From positions 1-64,000 of the forward strand of contig QPMI01000180.1 in NCBI GenBank assembly GCA_004431415.1: a stretch of DNA of 64,000 nucleotides, given 5' to 3'. This DNA comes from Cyanophora paradoxa CCMP329 (Eukaryota; Plantae; Glaucophyta). A model generated the notes under the pieces. It was not told the DNA's origin. It saw nothing but the letters and a program-made list of their open reading frames with translations, and did no database searches. The first letter of the stretch is position 1; each line of letters starts with the position of its first letter. A program made the position numbers and the translations under genes. Shown piece by piece: positions 47,261 to 61,675 of the stretch.

Positions 47261-50200
47261 TCACATAAAATAGGTGAGGGGCTCCTTGCGGCGGGAGCCG
47301 CCCTCTGCGCGCGGGGCGTGAGGGGCGGGCGGGGGCGGGGGGCGGCAGGGACGGCGGAGGGCGGGGGCGGGGGCGGGGGCGGGCGGACCGCCGTACATCT
47401 CGTTCCACTTGCGGAGCTCGCCGATGGAGAAGGCGTCCTCGCTCACGGAGGCGCCGATCTCCTCCCGCGCCTTCTCGAAGTCGCGCATGCCCAGCGCCCG
47501 CATCGCGACCCCCTCCTCCTCCTCCTCCTCCCCGCCCTCGCCCGGCATCGCCGAGTGCCGGTGGCCCGACGCGCGCTTCGCCGGGCGCTGCGGCGCCCCG
47601 CCGGCCTCGCGCTCGCGCTGGAGGACCTCCCGGATCGGCTGGTGCGCCGCCGCCACGCACACGTTCTTCAGGTCCGAGCCCGAGTAGCCCTGCGGGGCCC
47701 GCGCGCGCGCGCGCGCGCGTCGGCCAAGGGCGGCGATCGGGTCGGGGCGGGCGGGCGGGGCGGGGGGGCGGGCCTCGGTGGCGGCGGCGAGGGCCTCGAC
47801 ATCGACGTCGGGGCCCAGGTCCTCTCCCGCGAGGATGACGCGGAGGATCTTGGCGCGGTTCTCCGCGTCGGGCAGGTCCACGAGGAAGCGCCGGCGGAAG
47901 CGGCGCAGCACGGCGTCGTCGAGGTCGAAGGGGCGGTTCGAGGCGGCGAGGACGAGCACGCGCTCGTTCTCCTTGGTCTTGAGGCCGTCCCACAGCGACA
48001 TGAACTCGTTCTTGATCTTGCGCATCGCCTCGTGCTCGCCCTGCTTCTCGCGCTTCCCCAGCATGCTGTCCACCTCGTCCACAAAGACCACCGTCGGCGC
48101 GATCTGCCCGGCGTTGGTCGAGCCCCGAGGCCAGGGCCAGCCGGCCCGGCGGTGAGGGGCGGGGCGAGGGGCGGGGCGGCACCTTGGAGGCGAGGGTGAA
48201 GAGGGCCTTGACGTACTTCTCGCCCTCGCCGAACCACTTGGACGCGATCGTGCTCATCGTCACGTTGATGAAGTTCGCCCCCGCCTCCGTCGCCACCGCC
48301 TTCGCCAGCTGCGCCGCCTCCGTTCGACGGCCGCCCCGGGGGGGCGGGGCGGGCAGGGGCGGCGGGGGCGGGCGGGGCGGGGCACCATGGTCTTGCCGGT
48401 GCCCGGGGGCCCGAAGAGGAGGATGCCCTTGCAGGGCTTCGTGAGGTTGCCCTTGCGGAAGAGCTCGGGCCGCTGCAGCGGCAGCATCACCGTCTCCTTC
48501 AGCGCCTCCTTCACCGTGTCCAGCGCCCCGATGTCTGCTCCCCCGCCCGCCCCGTCAGCTCGGCCGGCGGCGGCGGCGGCCGGCGCTCCTCCCCCCTTCC
48601 GCGCGCGCGCACCGTCGAAGCGGACGCCGATCTCCCAGGGGGGTATGACCTCGCCCAGGAGTCGCTTCTCGAACTCGTTCTCGGCCACCACCTCCCGCAG
48701 CGCCTTCTGCGCGCCCCGTCGGCACCGGTCGCCGGGCGGAGCGGGGCGAGCGGCGCACGCTCTGCGGGTTGGCGTCCGACGAGACGCGCTCGAGCAGCGC
48801 CAGCGCCGCGTGCACGTCCTCCGCCGCGATCGTCAGCTTTGGCAGCGCCTCTTTCCTCGCCTCCTTCGCCTCCGCCGGAGCCGGCGCCGCCGCCGCCGCC
48901 TCGACCGCCGGCGCCGCGGGCTCGGCGGCAGCAAAGGCGGCGGTTGCGGCCTCCGCTGCTGCCGCGGCCTCCGCTGGCGCGGGCGGCGTGGGATCAGAGG
49001 CGGCTGCTGCGGGCTTCTCGACGTCCATGGCCTCGGCGGGGGCGGCCGCGGCGGCATCCGTTGCCTGGGCCGCGGCCGACGCCGGCGCCGCCTCCGCGGA
49101 CGGCGCCGGAGCGGAAGAGGCCGGCGCCGGAGCGGAGGAGGCCTCGGCAGTGGCAGGGGACTCGGAGGGCTGGGCGGGGGCGGGCGGGGCAGGGGCGGGG
49201 CTCGGGGCGGAGGGGTCGGCGGGGCGGTCGGTGGGGGGCGACGGGGAGGGGCTGGGCGAGGGGGCGAGGGGGGCGGGGGAGGCGGAGGGGCAGGCGGCGG
49301 GGTCGTGGGGGGCGGGGCGCTCGCGCTCGCGCATGAGGTGGCGGGCGACGGCGAGGCCGACGGCCTTCTCGACGGTCTCCTGCGAGAGGGCCTCCGCCTT
49401 GAGGAGGGCGGGGTCGAGGGGCCCCGCCAGCACGACCCCCGCGCGCTCCAGGCAGCGCCCGAGGGCGATGCGGTTCGCCTCGGCGCGCATGTACTCGACG
49501 TCCCGCTCGATCTGCCGCCGCCAGCGGGCCGCCTGCGGCTCCTCGGAGGGGCCCCCGAGCGAGATCTTGGCGGGGAAGAGGCGGGCGGCCATCTTGGATG
49601 ACTTGGCGGGCCCGTCGCGCGCCGCGCCGCGGGCCTCGTCGACGCGCGAGGCGACGTGGTCGAGGAAGCTGAAGTCGAGCAGCGAGGCGCCCCCGGAGGA
49701 GCCGCCCCCGCCGCCCTTGAAGAGCAGCGCCCCGCCGCCCGCCCGCTCCTTGCGCGGCTCCGCCGTGCTCGACCCGATGACCACCACCGCTCCGCTTACG
49801 CGCTCCAGCTCCCGCTTGAAGAGCGCGTACCGCTCGTCTGCGGTGCCCGTCAGGCCCGGCCGGGGGCGGGGGCGGGGGCGCGGGGGCAGGGGCGGAGGCG
49901 GGCGGACAGGAGGCGACGAGGGCGCGGTCGACGTCGGGGACGTAGACGATGCAGGGGGCGACGCCCTCCGACGCCGCCACCTCGAACGCCGCCTCGCTGC
50001 GGGGGCCCGTGAGGCGCCCGCGGCGGGGGCCCCGGGGCGGGGGGGGCGGCGCGGAGGCGCACATGACGAGCTGCTCGCGGCCGTCCTCGCTCTCCAGCCG
50101 CAGCTCGCTCGCGTTGCAGAACTGCGCCGGGCGGGTCGGCCAGCGCCGGCGAGGCGGGGCGGGGCGGGGCGGGGCGGGGCGGACGAAGCCGTGGCCGTCC

Positions 50201-53200
50201 TCGCAGAGGTGCCCGAGGTTGTTGCCGCCGGGGAGGGCCTTGTCGAACCGCACGCCCACCTTCCGCGGGTTGTCGTCGAACGTGATCACAACCTCTGCGC
50301 CGGGCGTCGGGCCCCGCGGCGGCGGGCGGGGCGAGCGGGGCGGGGCGGGGCGAGGCGCACTGCCGCGGTGGCCGATGGGGGGCCCGCGGGGCGTTGTCGC
50401 CGGCGAGGAGCTGGCGGCGGTCGGCGGCGAGGTGGAGGTAGAACGTGGGGGGCGCTCGCCCCCGCCCGGGAGGCCGGAGCCGCCGAGGAGGAGCCCGGCG
50501 TGGGCCGGCCCCACGAACTTGACGCGCTCGCCCCGCGCGAAGGTCCGCCGGGGCGCCCCTCCGAGCCCCCGGACTCGCCGCTCACGCCGGCGACGTGCCG
50601 CAGGGACTGCAGCAGCGCCGACGCCGCCGAGGGGGCCGGCGGGGCCGGCGCGGGGGCGACGGCGTCGGGGGAGGTGCCGTCGGCGGGGGCCGGGGCGGGG
50701 GCGGGCCCGTCGGCGGCGAAGACGTCGCCAAAGGACTCGGGGGGGTCGAGGATGAGGAGGGAGACGCCGAGGTGGTGCGCCAGCGCCCGCACGAGGCTCT
50801 CCTGGTAGATCTCGGTGCCCTGCGGGCCGGAGAGGAGCAGGCGGCGGGACATGGGCGGCAGCTCGGCGGTGTGGCGGGCGAGCTCGGGGCGGCGCAGGTA
50901 CGTGTAGACGCTGCCGACCAGCAGCTCCCGCGTGTCCTCGCTCAGGAAGTACGGGAACCCGGCGAAGGTAGGGCCCTTCTCCAGCTCCGCCGGCCGCTGC
51001 CGCCCCGCCCACCCGTCAGCGCGACGCGGGGCGGGGTGGGCGGGGCGGGGGCGGGGCGGGGGCGGGGCGGACCAGGACGCGGCGGAGGAGCTCCTCGCGG
51101 ACGGCCGCCTTCTGGGCGGAGCCGCAGATGACCGCCGCCGTCGCCGCCGCCGCCGCCGCCGCCGCCTCGGCGCTCGCCTCCGCCGAGACGCTCACTTGGG
51201 GCAGGGGGGCGCCCGGCGGGGGGCCCTGCCCGTGGCCCCGCGCGGCCTGGAGCTGCCGCTCGAGGCGCTTGTGGAGGCGGGGGATGAGGATCTTGGGCTC
51301 CCCGCCGGGGCTGCTCGCGCCCGACGCCCCGCGCGTGAAGGGCGACGAGGGGACCGGCACGACGAGCGTCGTCGCGTGGATCGGCGCCGGCTCGCCCAGC
51401 ATGTCGAGGTCCATGCCGCCCGCCGCGCCGGCCGCCGCCTCCGCCGCGCCGGCCTCGCCGGCCGCAGCGGGCGGCTCGTCGCTGGCGGAGCGGGCGAGGA
51501 GCTCGGCGAGCGAGTGGCCCTTCAGGAAGGGCGCGCCGCTCCCGGGCGGCAGGCTCGACTCGCCCGCCGACTCCTCCGACGCCGCCCCCGCCGTCCCCGC
51601 CGTCGGCTCCGTCGGCGGCGCCGGCGCCGGCGCCGGCGGCTCGATGGGGCGCGGCGGGTGGCCAGCGAGAGACGGGAGGGCGGCGGCGAGGGCGGGTATG
51701 CCGCTGCTGAGGGCGGTCTGGGCGGAGGACGGCTGCGGGGGGGCTGGGAAGGAGGAGGCGCCGGAGGCCAGCCACGTGGTGAAGCCGCCGGTGATGGCTG
51801 CGAGGGTCACCGCCGGCCGCGCGGAGCCGCCTGCCGCCGGCGCCGCTGCCGAAGAGGCTGCGAGGGCCGAGGGGAACGGCTGCTGGGGGCCCGAGGAGGA
51901 AGAGGCGGCAGAGGACGGGATCGCTGAGGCCGCAGCGCCGGGGCGGGCGGGTGGATGCATAGTGGAGGGGGGGCTTGGGATGGTGATCGGTGCGGGAGGC
52001 GCCGAGAGCTGCTGGAAGATCTGCATCAGCGGAAGCCCCCGTCAGACGTTGGATGGAGGACGTTCGACAGAGAGGGAGCGAGGGATGGGCGAACAAAGGA
52101 GTACGTCTTGCTGCCAGTGATCGTGATCTCGTCGCCGCTCTTGAGGGTCTGGCGGGTGCCCTTGCGCAGGAACTTGCCGTTGATCGTGAGCGAGCCGTTG
52201 CTAGAAAGGTTCTCCAGGGAGGCCTGCCCGGGGTGCTGAGTCTGCGACGGCCGCGGCCGGCCTCCGTCAGGGTGGGCGCAGCGCGGCTGCCAAGGGGGGG
52301 GGCGCCGACCGAGCTGACGATGCGGCACATCATCCCCGAGATGGCCGGGTCTCGCAGCTGGAACATGCAGCGAGAGTTCCGCCCGATGTTAAAACAGGGT
52401 CCAGAGATCGGAACCAGCGGTTGCTGCCGCGTGAAGCCATTAGCAGGGCGCCCAGAAAAGGAACCACGGGCGAACGAGCGGACCGAGCCGTACTGTGGGA
52501 TCAAATTGGCCCACGCCGTGCCCGCGACCGCTTGGGGCGCAACAGAAGATATGCTGGGAAGAATAGGAGCAGGAAGCGCTGCCGAAGAAGGGAATGGAGC
52601 AGAAGTGCCTTGCGCGCCAGACGAGAGCTTCGCCAGAACAGTTCCGAGAGCTCTGCGGGGAAGAAATGAGGTGAAGGATTGAGCGAACGCGTTCACACTA
52701 GTATGCACGTTCCCAGGCGCAAGAAAAGAGAGCGCACGAGTGAAGTGCGCAAACTGACTCGAGCATGTCTGCGATGGAACTTCCATGAGCAGGCGAAACT
52801 CGGAAGCCCGCGTGCGGACTGCATGCACGAGTCGCACCTTGGAAGCTTGGCACGCCGCTCGTCTGCTTTGTGGCGGCCGCAGCCGCGCGGGGCCCTGCAA
52901 CTGAAGCTGCATTGTGCCCGTCATCCACTGACTCCTCGGTCGGCAGGGGGGGCGTGGGCGGTGCCACGTTCAGATCAGTCGCGGCCGTTGCTGAGTCTGA
53001 TCCCGCTTCCGCAGTCCCCTCGGGGCCGAGCAAGGGAGCTGGGCCGGCGCTTGATGTCTCCGCTTCGCAAGCTGGCCCCGCCTCCGAGCTTGGATCGGCA
53101 GTCTAAAAAACAAGATATCACTCTTTAGAATGAGGGAAGGGCAATCCGCGCGTAAGTATGCATTCACCTTATGACGCTTCTCTGGATCCTCAGCGCGGTG

Positions 53201-53368
53201 AGGAGAATCGCCGTGGGGCGCGCCGCACGTTTCATCGCTCTCTGAATGTGCGCGCTTCTTCGATACGGTGGTGGGCTCGGCGCTTGGAGCGGGCTCCTCG
53301 CTGCGCCACATCTCAGGCGGGGGTGCACGGGCAGATCGCACATGAGCGCACCCGGCGGGCCCGTCCAT
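47261..53368 (-). CDS. FHA-domain AAA+ ATPase of the plant/algal ATAD1/Msp1-related family
   Basis: FHA-like FNIGRNSRC..LRDPAISGMMC; degenerate first AAA FPYFLSE..RLLLSGPQGTEIYQESLVRALAHH; KVGVRFDKALPGGNNLG; active AAA GILLFGPPGTGKTM, VFVDEVDSMLG, ASNRPFDLDDAVLRR; C-terminus WNEMYGEGGSRRKEPLTYFM*. The ATG at 53368 is followed by a GT..CAG intron. Confidence 0.92.
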
Positions 53369-53480
53369 TCGCGCACGAAGAGCGGGCGTTGGGCGCCGGT
53401 GCTCGAGCAAAGACTACCGGAGTACACTAAACAGAAGCTCTAGCAGCGTACCCCGGCTGTCCGATCGAACCCAGCCAGCC

Positions 53481-56468
53481 ATGCGAGGGCGGCGATCAGA
53501 TGCAGAGAGCGGTGCCAGAAGGCGATGGCAGATCGCCCTCCTTGCGCTCCTAGGGCTCGCCCTCGCCGGCCGCGCCTCGTGCTCGTCCGACAGCGGGACG
53601 TACATCCTGCTGCGCCTCGACGAGCCAGCAAGCCCAGGCGTGTGGTTCCAGGTCAAGCCGGACGTCCGCCTGGGCGAACTGCTCGCGCTGGCGACGGAGC
53701 TGCTGCGGAGCCCGGAGCCGCTCCGGCACGCGTTCGATCGTGCGGGCGTGCTGGCAGACCCTCCCCGCCTCGAACCCGGGCAGGTCGTGTACTTCGCGTT
53801 CGAGCCGCCCGCAGGTGCCGGCCCTCCCGCTCGCCGCGTCGCGTACGCGAGTCGAGCGCGGCGCCGCAGGCGCCAGGCCGGCGCCAGCGTGGCAAGCGAC
53901 GCCACCGCCGGCTGCGAGGGCGGCTGCGACGGCGCCGCCGGCGGCAGCGCTTGTGGACCCCTCGTTCGCGGTGTCGGTGGCGGCGGCGGGGGAGGCGGGC
54001 CCGGGCTGGATGAGCATGCCGCCGAAGCAGGTCTTCGAGCACTCGCTGCAGCTGTACCACGTGCGCTGCCCCCCGTGCGGCCGCGCGCTCCCCGCCTCAC
54101 AAGCTCGGACAGAAAGGGGACCTGCGCGGGGCGCTGGCGGTGACGGATCGGCTCTATGACGTGGACCCGTGGATGAAGGTGCCGGGGGGCGGCGGCGGTG
54201 CGGGTCGCGGGGGATGACGGGGCGCGGCAGTGGGCGCACATGAACGCGGCGGTGTACCACCTGCAGCTCGGGGAGCTGCGGGCGGCCTACGGGGGGTACT
54301 ACCGCCTGGTCTACCTCATCCTGCAGGACTGTCGCGTCTGCCCCGAGCTGCCGCTCTGCTCCGCCGGCGAGCTCCTGCCCCTCCTCCGCTCCCTCGAGGG
54401 GTACCTCGAGGCCGAGGCCTGGTTCCGCCGCCGCCGCCTCGTCCGCCCCGCCCGCCCCGCCCCGCGCCGCCCGTGCACCGCCCCGCCCCGCGCGTGCACC
54501 CCCTTGACGCCGGCGGGGCAGGTGGAGGGGGGCCCGACGGGGGGCCGCGGGGAGTGCAGCGGGGCGGGGGAGGGCCCGCGGCTGGTGGAGGCCGCCCTTC
54601 ACGAGACCTCGGGCCTCATGGCCGTCGTCTGCGACTACCGCGACTCCCCCGCCCTCCTCTCCGCCCTCCAGGCCCTCGTCGCCTGGCGCGCCGCCCGCGG
54701 CGAGCCCCCCGCCACCCGCATCACCAACTTCCTCGGCTTCCCCTGGCCCCCGCCCCTCTTCCTCGCCGCCGCCCGCAACTCCCTGCCCCGCCCCGCCGGT
54801 CCCATCTACTCCTTCCCCCCGCCCCTCGCCCCGCCCCTCGTCGGCCGCCTCCGCGTCGGCTACTTCAACCGGCGGGTGGGGTACGACGCCGTCAGCCACG
54901 CCAACGAGGGCATCTTCGGCCTCTTTGACCGCTCCCGCTTCGAGGCGCGAACCCCCTTTCCGCGCCCCTCACGCGCTGCCCCCGCGCCGCCTCCGCCGAC
55001 CGGGCGCGGCGCAGCTGATCTGCTACACCTTCTCGGACCCAGCGGACCCGAGCGTCAACCCGAAGCTCATCGCCGCCTTCGAGCGCGTCGTCAAGTCAGC
55101 CCCCCGGCCCTGCCCCGTTCCGCCCCTCGCTTCTCCCACGCGCCGCGCTCACCGCATGCAGCCTCGCCCGCCACTCGGACGCCGAGGCCGCCGCCGCCAT
55201 CAACGCCGACCAGGCGCGCCCCGCCCCGCCCCGCCCCGCCCGGGCGCCGCGCCGGCGCGGCGCTGACGCCCGCGCCAGATCCACGTCCTCCTCGACGGCA
55301 GCTACATGAAGGACGCCGGAACCGAGGCCTGCCCCGCCCGCCCCGCCCGCCCGCCCCCCGCCCCCGCCCCGACCCTGAGGCCCTCCCGGGGGGCAGTTCC
55401 GGACGGAGATCCTGGCGCAGCACCCGGCGCCGGTGCAGATCGCGTACATGGACCACCCGGGGACGAGCGGCGCGCCCTACATGGAGTACATGCTCGCCGA
55501 CCGCTACTCCCTGCCCCCGGACCACTTCTTCGGGGGGTACACGGAGAAGCTCCTCGTCCACCCCGTCCACTACGTCGCCACCTCGCACGCCTCGTCGTAC
55601 CCGCACGTCAGGCGGCCCGAGGCGCGCCCCTCGCGCCGCGCCGCCGCCGAGGTCGGCTGGCTGCCCCCGGAGCTCGCCGAGCCGCCCCCGCCCCTCGGCA
55701 ACGGCCGCGTCCTGCTCGCCAACAACAACCAATTCCGCAAGGTGCCCCGCCCCGGCCCCGGCCGGCCCCGCCGGCCCGCCCTCGCGTGCGCGGTGCGAGC
55801 GGGCCGCGCGGCAGATCGACAGCGAGGTGCTGGCGGTGTGGGCGAACGTGCTGCGGCGGAGCCCGCGTAGCCTCCTCTGGACGCGGGCGCTGCCGACGTA
55901 CCAGGACACGGGCGTGGCGCCGCTGGGGCGGGAGCTGCTGGCGGCGGGGGTCGCGTCGGGGCGGGTGGCGGAGTTCAAGAAGCAGCGCTCGGAGGCGTAC
56001 CTGCAGCAGGCCTTCCTCGCCGACCTCATGCTCGACACCTTCCTCTACAACGCCGTCACTGTCGGCGCAGACTTCGCCTGGCAGGGCCCGTCCCCCACCC
56101 CCGCCCCCGCCCCCGCCCCCGCGCCTCGGGCCCTCACGCGGGGGCGGGCGGCAGGGGTGCCGCTGGTGACGACGCCGCGGGACATGCTGCAGAACCGGGC
56201 GGGGGGCGCGACGATCACGCAGGCGGGGGCGGGCTGGGGCGTGGCGGGGAGCGTCAAGGCCTACGAGGACCTCGCCGTGCGGCTCGCCGAGGACGGGGCC
56301 CTCCGCAGCGCCGTCCGCGCCGCGGGGGACGCGGCCGTCGAGGCCAGCCCCGAGTTCGACTGCGCCCGCTGGGCCGCCGCCACCGCCGCCGGCGCCGCCA
56401 TCTCCTTCGACCTGCACGCCGCCGGCGAGCCGCCCCACCACCTCGTCGTCGCCGGCGCCCTCCCGTAG
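53481..56468 (+). CDS. GT41 (OGT/SPINDLY-like) glycosyltransferase with an N-terminal signal sequence and no long TPR array
   Basis: WQIALLALLGLALAGRASC leader; VVCDY; RLRVGYF..FDRSRFELICY; INADQIHVLLD; PAPVQIAYMDHPGTSGAPYMEYMLADR; NNQFRKID; ADLMLDTFLYNAVTVGADFAWQGVPLVT; stop at 56466-56468. Confidence 0.88.
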
Positions 56469-56643
56469 CCCGGCGCCGACCTTCTCCGATTCGAAACAAG
56501 CATGCACATTCCGCTATCTACTCCATGTGCGGGCTTCGCCAGCGCTTGCGGCCGCATGCCTTCGCAATTTAGCAAGCGCTAGCCGAGCGAGCGCTGTGGT
56601 GGCTCGCCGCACGGCGGCAGCACGGCGCCGCTGAAATTAATAT

Positions 56644-57073
56644 TCAGCACGAGTGTGGGGAAGTTCCCGTCGCGGTTGACGTCGCCTCTGCTCCGGAGGG
56701 CGACCTCGGCCGCGGGGCGGGCCACAACCGCTCTGACGGGGACCGGAAAGAGTTTCAGAAACACGAATTTAATTACCCAGGTCCGAATCAGCAATTACCG
56801 CACCGCGCTCTGCCCTGAGCTCCGGCGGCTCCACGCCGCCGTTCAAGACAGTAAAGTCGTGAAAGTGCTCCGCGTGCGCCTCTTTGGGTGTTATCCTGCC
56901 TGTGCGGGTATCAACATGCGTAGCGCGAATTTGGGCATTTGGAATCTGCGGTTGGCGCTCGCACCGCCCGATCGCTCGGAAAGGATGGCAAAGAACTGCC
57001 GCGCCAGCTCGTCCTGCTCAGCGCTGATCTGGGCGCACAGCTGTTGTTCGTCTGCGGGTGAATTGCTTGCCAT
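56644..57073 (-). CDS. Putative small three-exon orphan protein (97 aa)
   Basis: Exons 57073-56965, 56899-56804 and 56732-56644 are joined by two GTGCG...CAG introns (65 and 71 nt) that keep the frame open: MASNSPADEQQLCAQISAEQDELARQFFAILSERSGGRITPKEAHAEHFHDFTVLNGGVEPPELRAERERLWPAPRPRSPSGAEATSTATGTSPHSC*. Confidence 0.6.
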
Positions 57074-57361
57074 ACTCGCTCTCGCTGCTGGTTTGCGAGG
57101 GCTGCAGTGCCGCTGCACCGCACTGGGGTTACGCGGTTTTACGGCTGGCCGGGTACCAGTTCGCCGCTTGTCGGAATATCGGTGCGCCGATTTTGCTGCC
57201 TCCCTGCGCGCCGCCGCCGTGCTCGCCCAGATTAGCGTTGGCGTGGTCGATCGCGGCAGCTTCAGCCCTCCCATCCCACGCTCTCGGGAAACGTAGACCT
57301 AGCGAAGCGCCAGCCGCGCGCAGCAGCGAGCCAGACATTCTCCTAAGCTCTAGCGCCGTAG

Positions 57362-59916
<2,555 letters not shown>

Positions 59917-59922
59917 TAGGGT

Positions 59923-61594
59923 TTAAGAGACGCCGAGGTTGGGGGTGTAGGTCTTGCTGGTGAGCTGGTCGCCGTGCCCCGCGAAGCCCGTCCCTGCGCC
60001 GGCGTCGGCGGCGGGCGGGCGGCGGGGCACGGGGCGGCGCAGGCGGAGGGGCCGGACCTCCGGCCTGGACGCGGATGATGTCCTTCTCGGGGCAGCGCTT
60101 GCTGCACGCGACGCACACGCCGTCCACCTTCACGAACTTGGTCACGCAGCCTGCGCCCGCCCGTCGGCCCCCGCCGGCCCCGCGCCCGAGGCGGCCGACG
60201 GCCGGCAGCGCACCCGAGCAGACGATGTGGCCGCAGGGCTTCAGGCAGGATAGCTTGGGGGCGTTCGTCAGGGTCTTCTGGCACCCGGGGCACATGTACT
60301 TGCTGCGGAGGCGTCCAGCGTGAGGTGCGGCGGCGGGGCGGGGCGGGGCGGGGCGGCGGCGCACTGTTTCGCGTCGCTGGCGGAGCCCTTGGGGGCGCCC
60401 TTGACCTCCGTGAAGTTGACGGGCACGAGCTCCTTCAGCCTGCGCGGCGCCGCCTCGGCCGGGCGGCGCGGGGGCGGCGGCGGCCCGAGCGCGGCGGGGC
60501 GCACTTGAGATTGTGGTCGCCCTCCGTGCAGCGGAGGTGCTTGGACGGCGCCTTGATGAGGTCCGGCGCCGCCTCCGGCGTGAGCTGCGTGCTCGGTCAG
60601 GCGACCCCCGCGCGCGCCGGCGGCCGGCCCCGCGGGCCGCACGTAGGGGATCCAGAAGGCCTTCATCTCCTTGGCCCTCTCGGAGAGCTGCGGCTTCTGG
60701 CGCGCCATCGCCGTCGCCAGCAAATCCCGCTCCCGCTCCTCGGGGCCCTTCGGCAGCGCGCTCGAGCTTGACGCCTCCGGGCTCCCGCTCGGCCCCGCCG
60801 CGCCCGAGCTCGAGCCGGCCGGCTTGTTGTCCAGCAGCAGCACCGGCCCCGCCGAGGACGACGCCGCTGCTGCAAGCCGCGTTTACTGCGGGACGCGAGC
60901 GGAGGGAGGTGCGCGCTGCCCCGAACCTGCGGCCTGCGCGCTCTTGAAGGCGTCCGTGCGGACGGACTTTATGCTGCCCTCCAGCTTGGCAAACTGATCA
61001 ATCTCAGCCTGCTTCGCTTCCTTTGTGCGCTGCTCCGCTTCCTCCTGCGCGTGAAGGCTGAGCGGCTTGGCGCAGCTCGCAAGTTGTCGCGAGGGCGGAC
61101 CGCTAGCTGCTTCTGCTGGGCATCATAGCGGGCCTGCTGCCGCGAGATCTCCTCCTTTTGCGACAGCAGGTTCTCGTAAATGCATTCTTTGCAGAAGAGG
61201 TGGCCCTCCGGGCTGCGCGGGCGTGAGCTCCACGAGAACCATCCGCCGCGGCCCGCGCACCACAGGAGCGGGTCGATCGCAGGGTGCAGGCACAGCGAAC
61301 AGCAATCGAAGTCCTTCAGTGAGTCAGCACCTGCGTTCGGGCGTCAGCGCGGCCCCGCGGCGGGGCGGGGAGCCCTGTTGCACCGAGTCGCTGGGTCTTC
61401 GTGCCCCTGCAGGCCGAGCAGTGAGGGTTGCGTTGAAGCCAAGGAAATCATTCCGCACGTACCAGTCGCCAAGGAGCTGCTTGCGCTCGTGCGACGTGAA
61501 TACGGGTCGGGCGCTGCCAGGACGCGTTTGCCGGGATTTGGCGGATTCGAAAGAAACCAGTGCACCAGTTGTTCTTCGCATGTGACTGCGGCAT
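59923..61594 (-). CDS. NOSIP: NOSIP / CSU1-like RING/U-box protein
   Basis: Spliced N-terminus MPQSHAKNNCARPVFTSHERKQLLGDWGTKTQRLGADSLKDFDCCSLCLHPAIDP..GHLFCKECIYENLL; AFWIP; LKELVPVNF; CPGCQKTLTN..LKPCGHIVC; GGTGFAGHG; TAA at 59923. Confidence 0.93.
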
Positions 61595-61675
61595 CGTTCG
61601 GCGAGCTCTGGGGACGCTGTTGAGAGAAGAGGGCTGCCTGGGCTGCGCGGCTCGGGGTACGCCGAACAATCGACG
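61595..61675. promoter_or_regulatory. 81-bp bidirectional promoter/5' UTR region between NOSIP and the acyl-activating enzyme
   Basis: Divergent ATGs at 61594 and 61676. Confidence 0.6.

Noticed and set aside
41887-56468. GT23 and GT41 as a glycosylation gene cluster
   Set aside because: They are separated by unrelated genes, and nothing in the sequence links them functionally.
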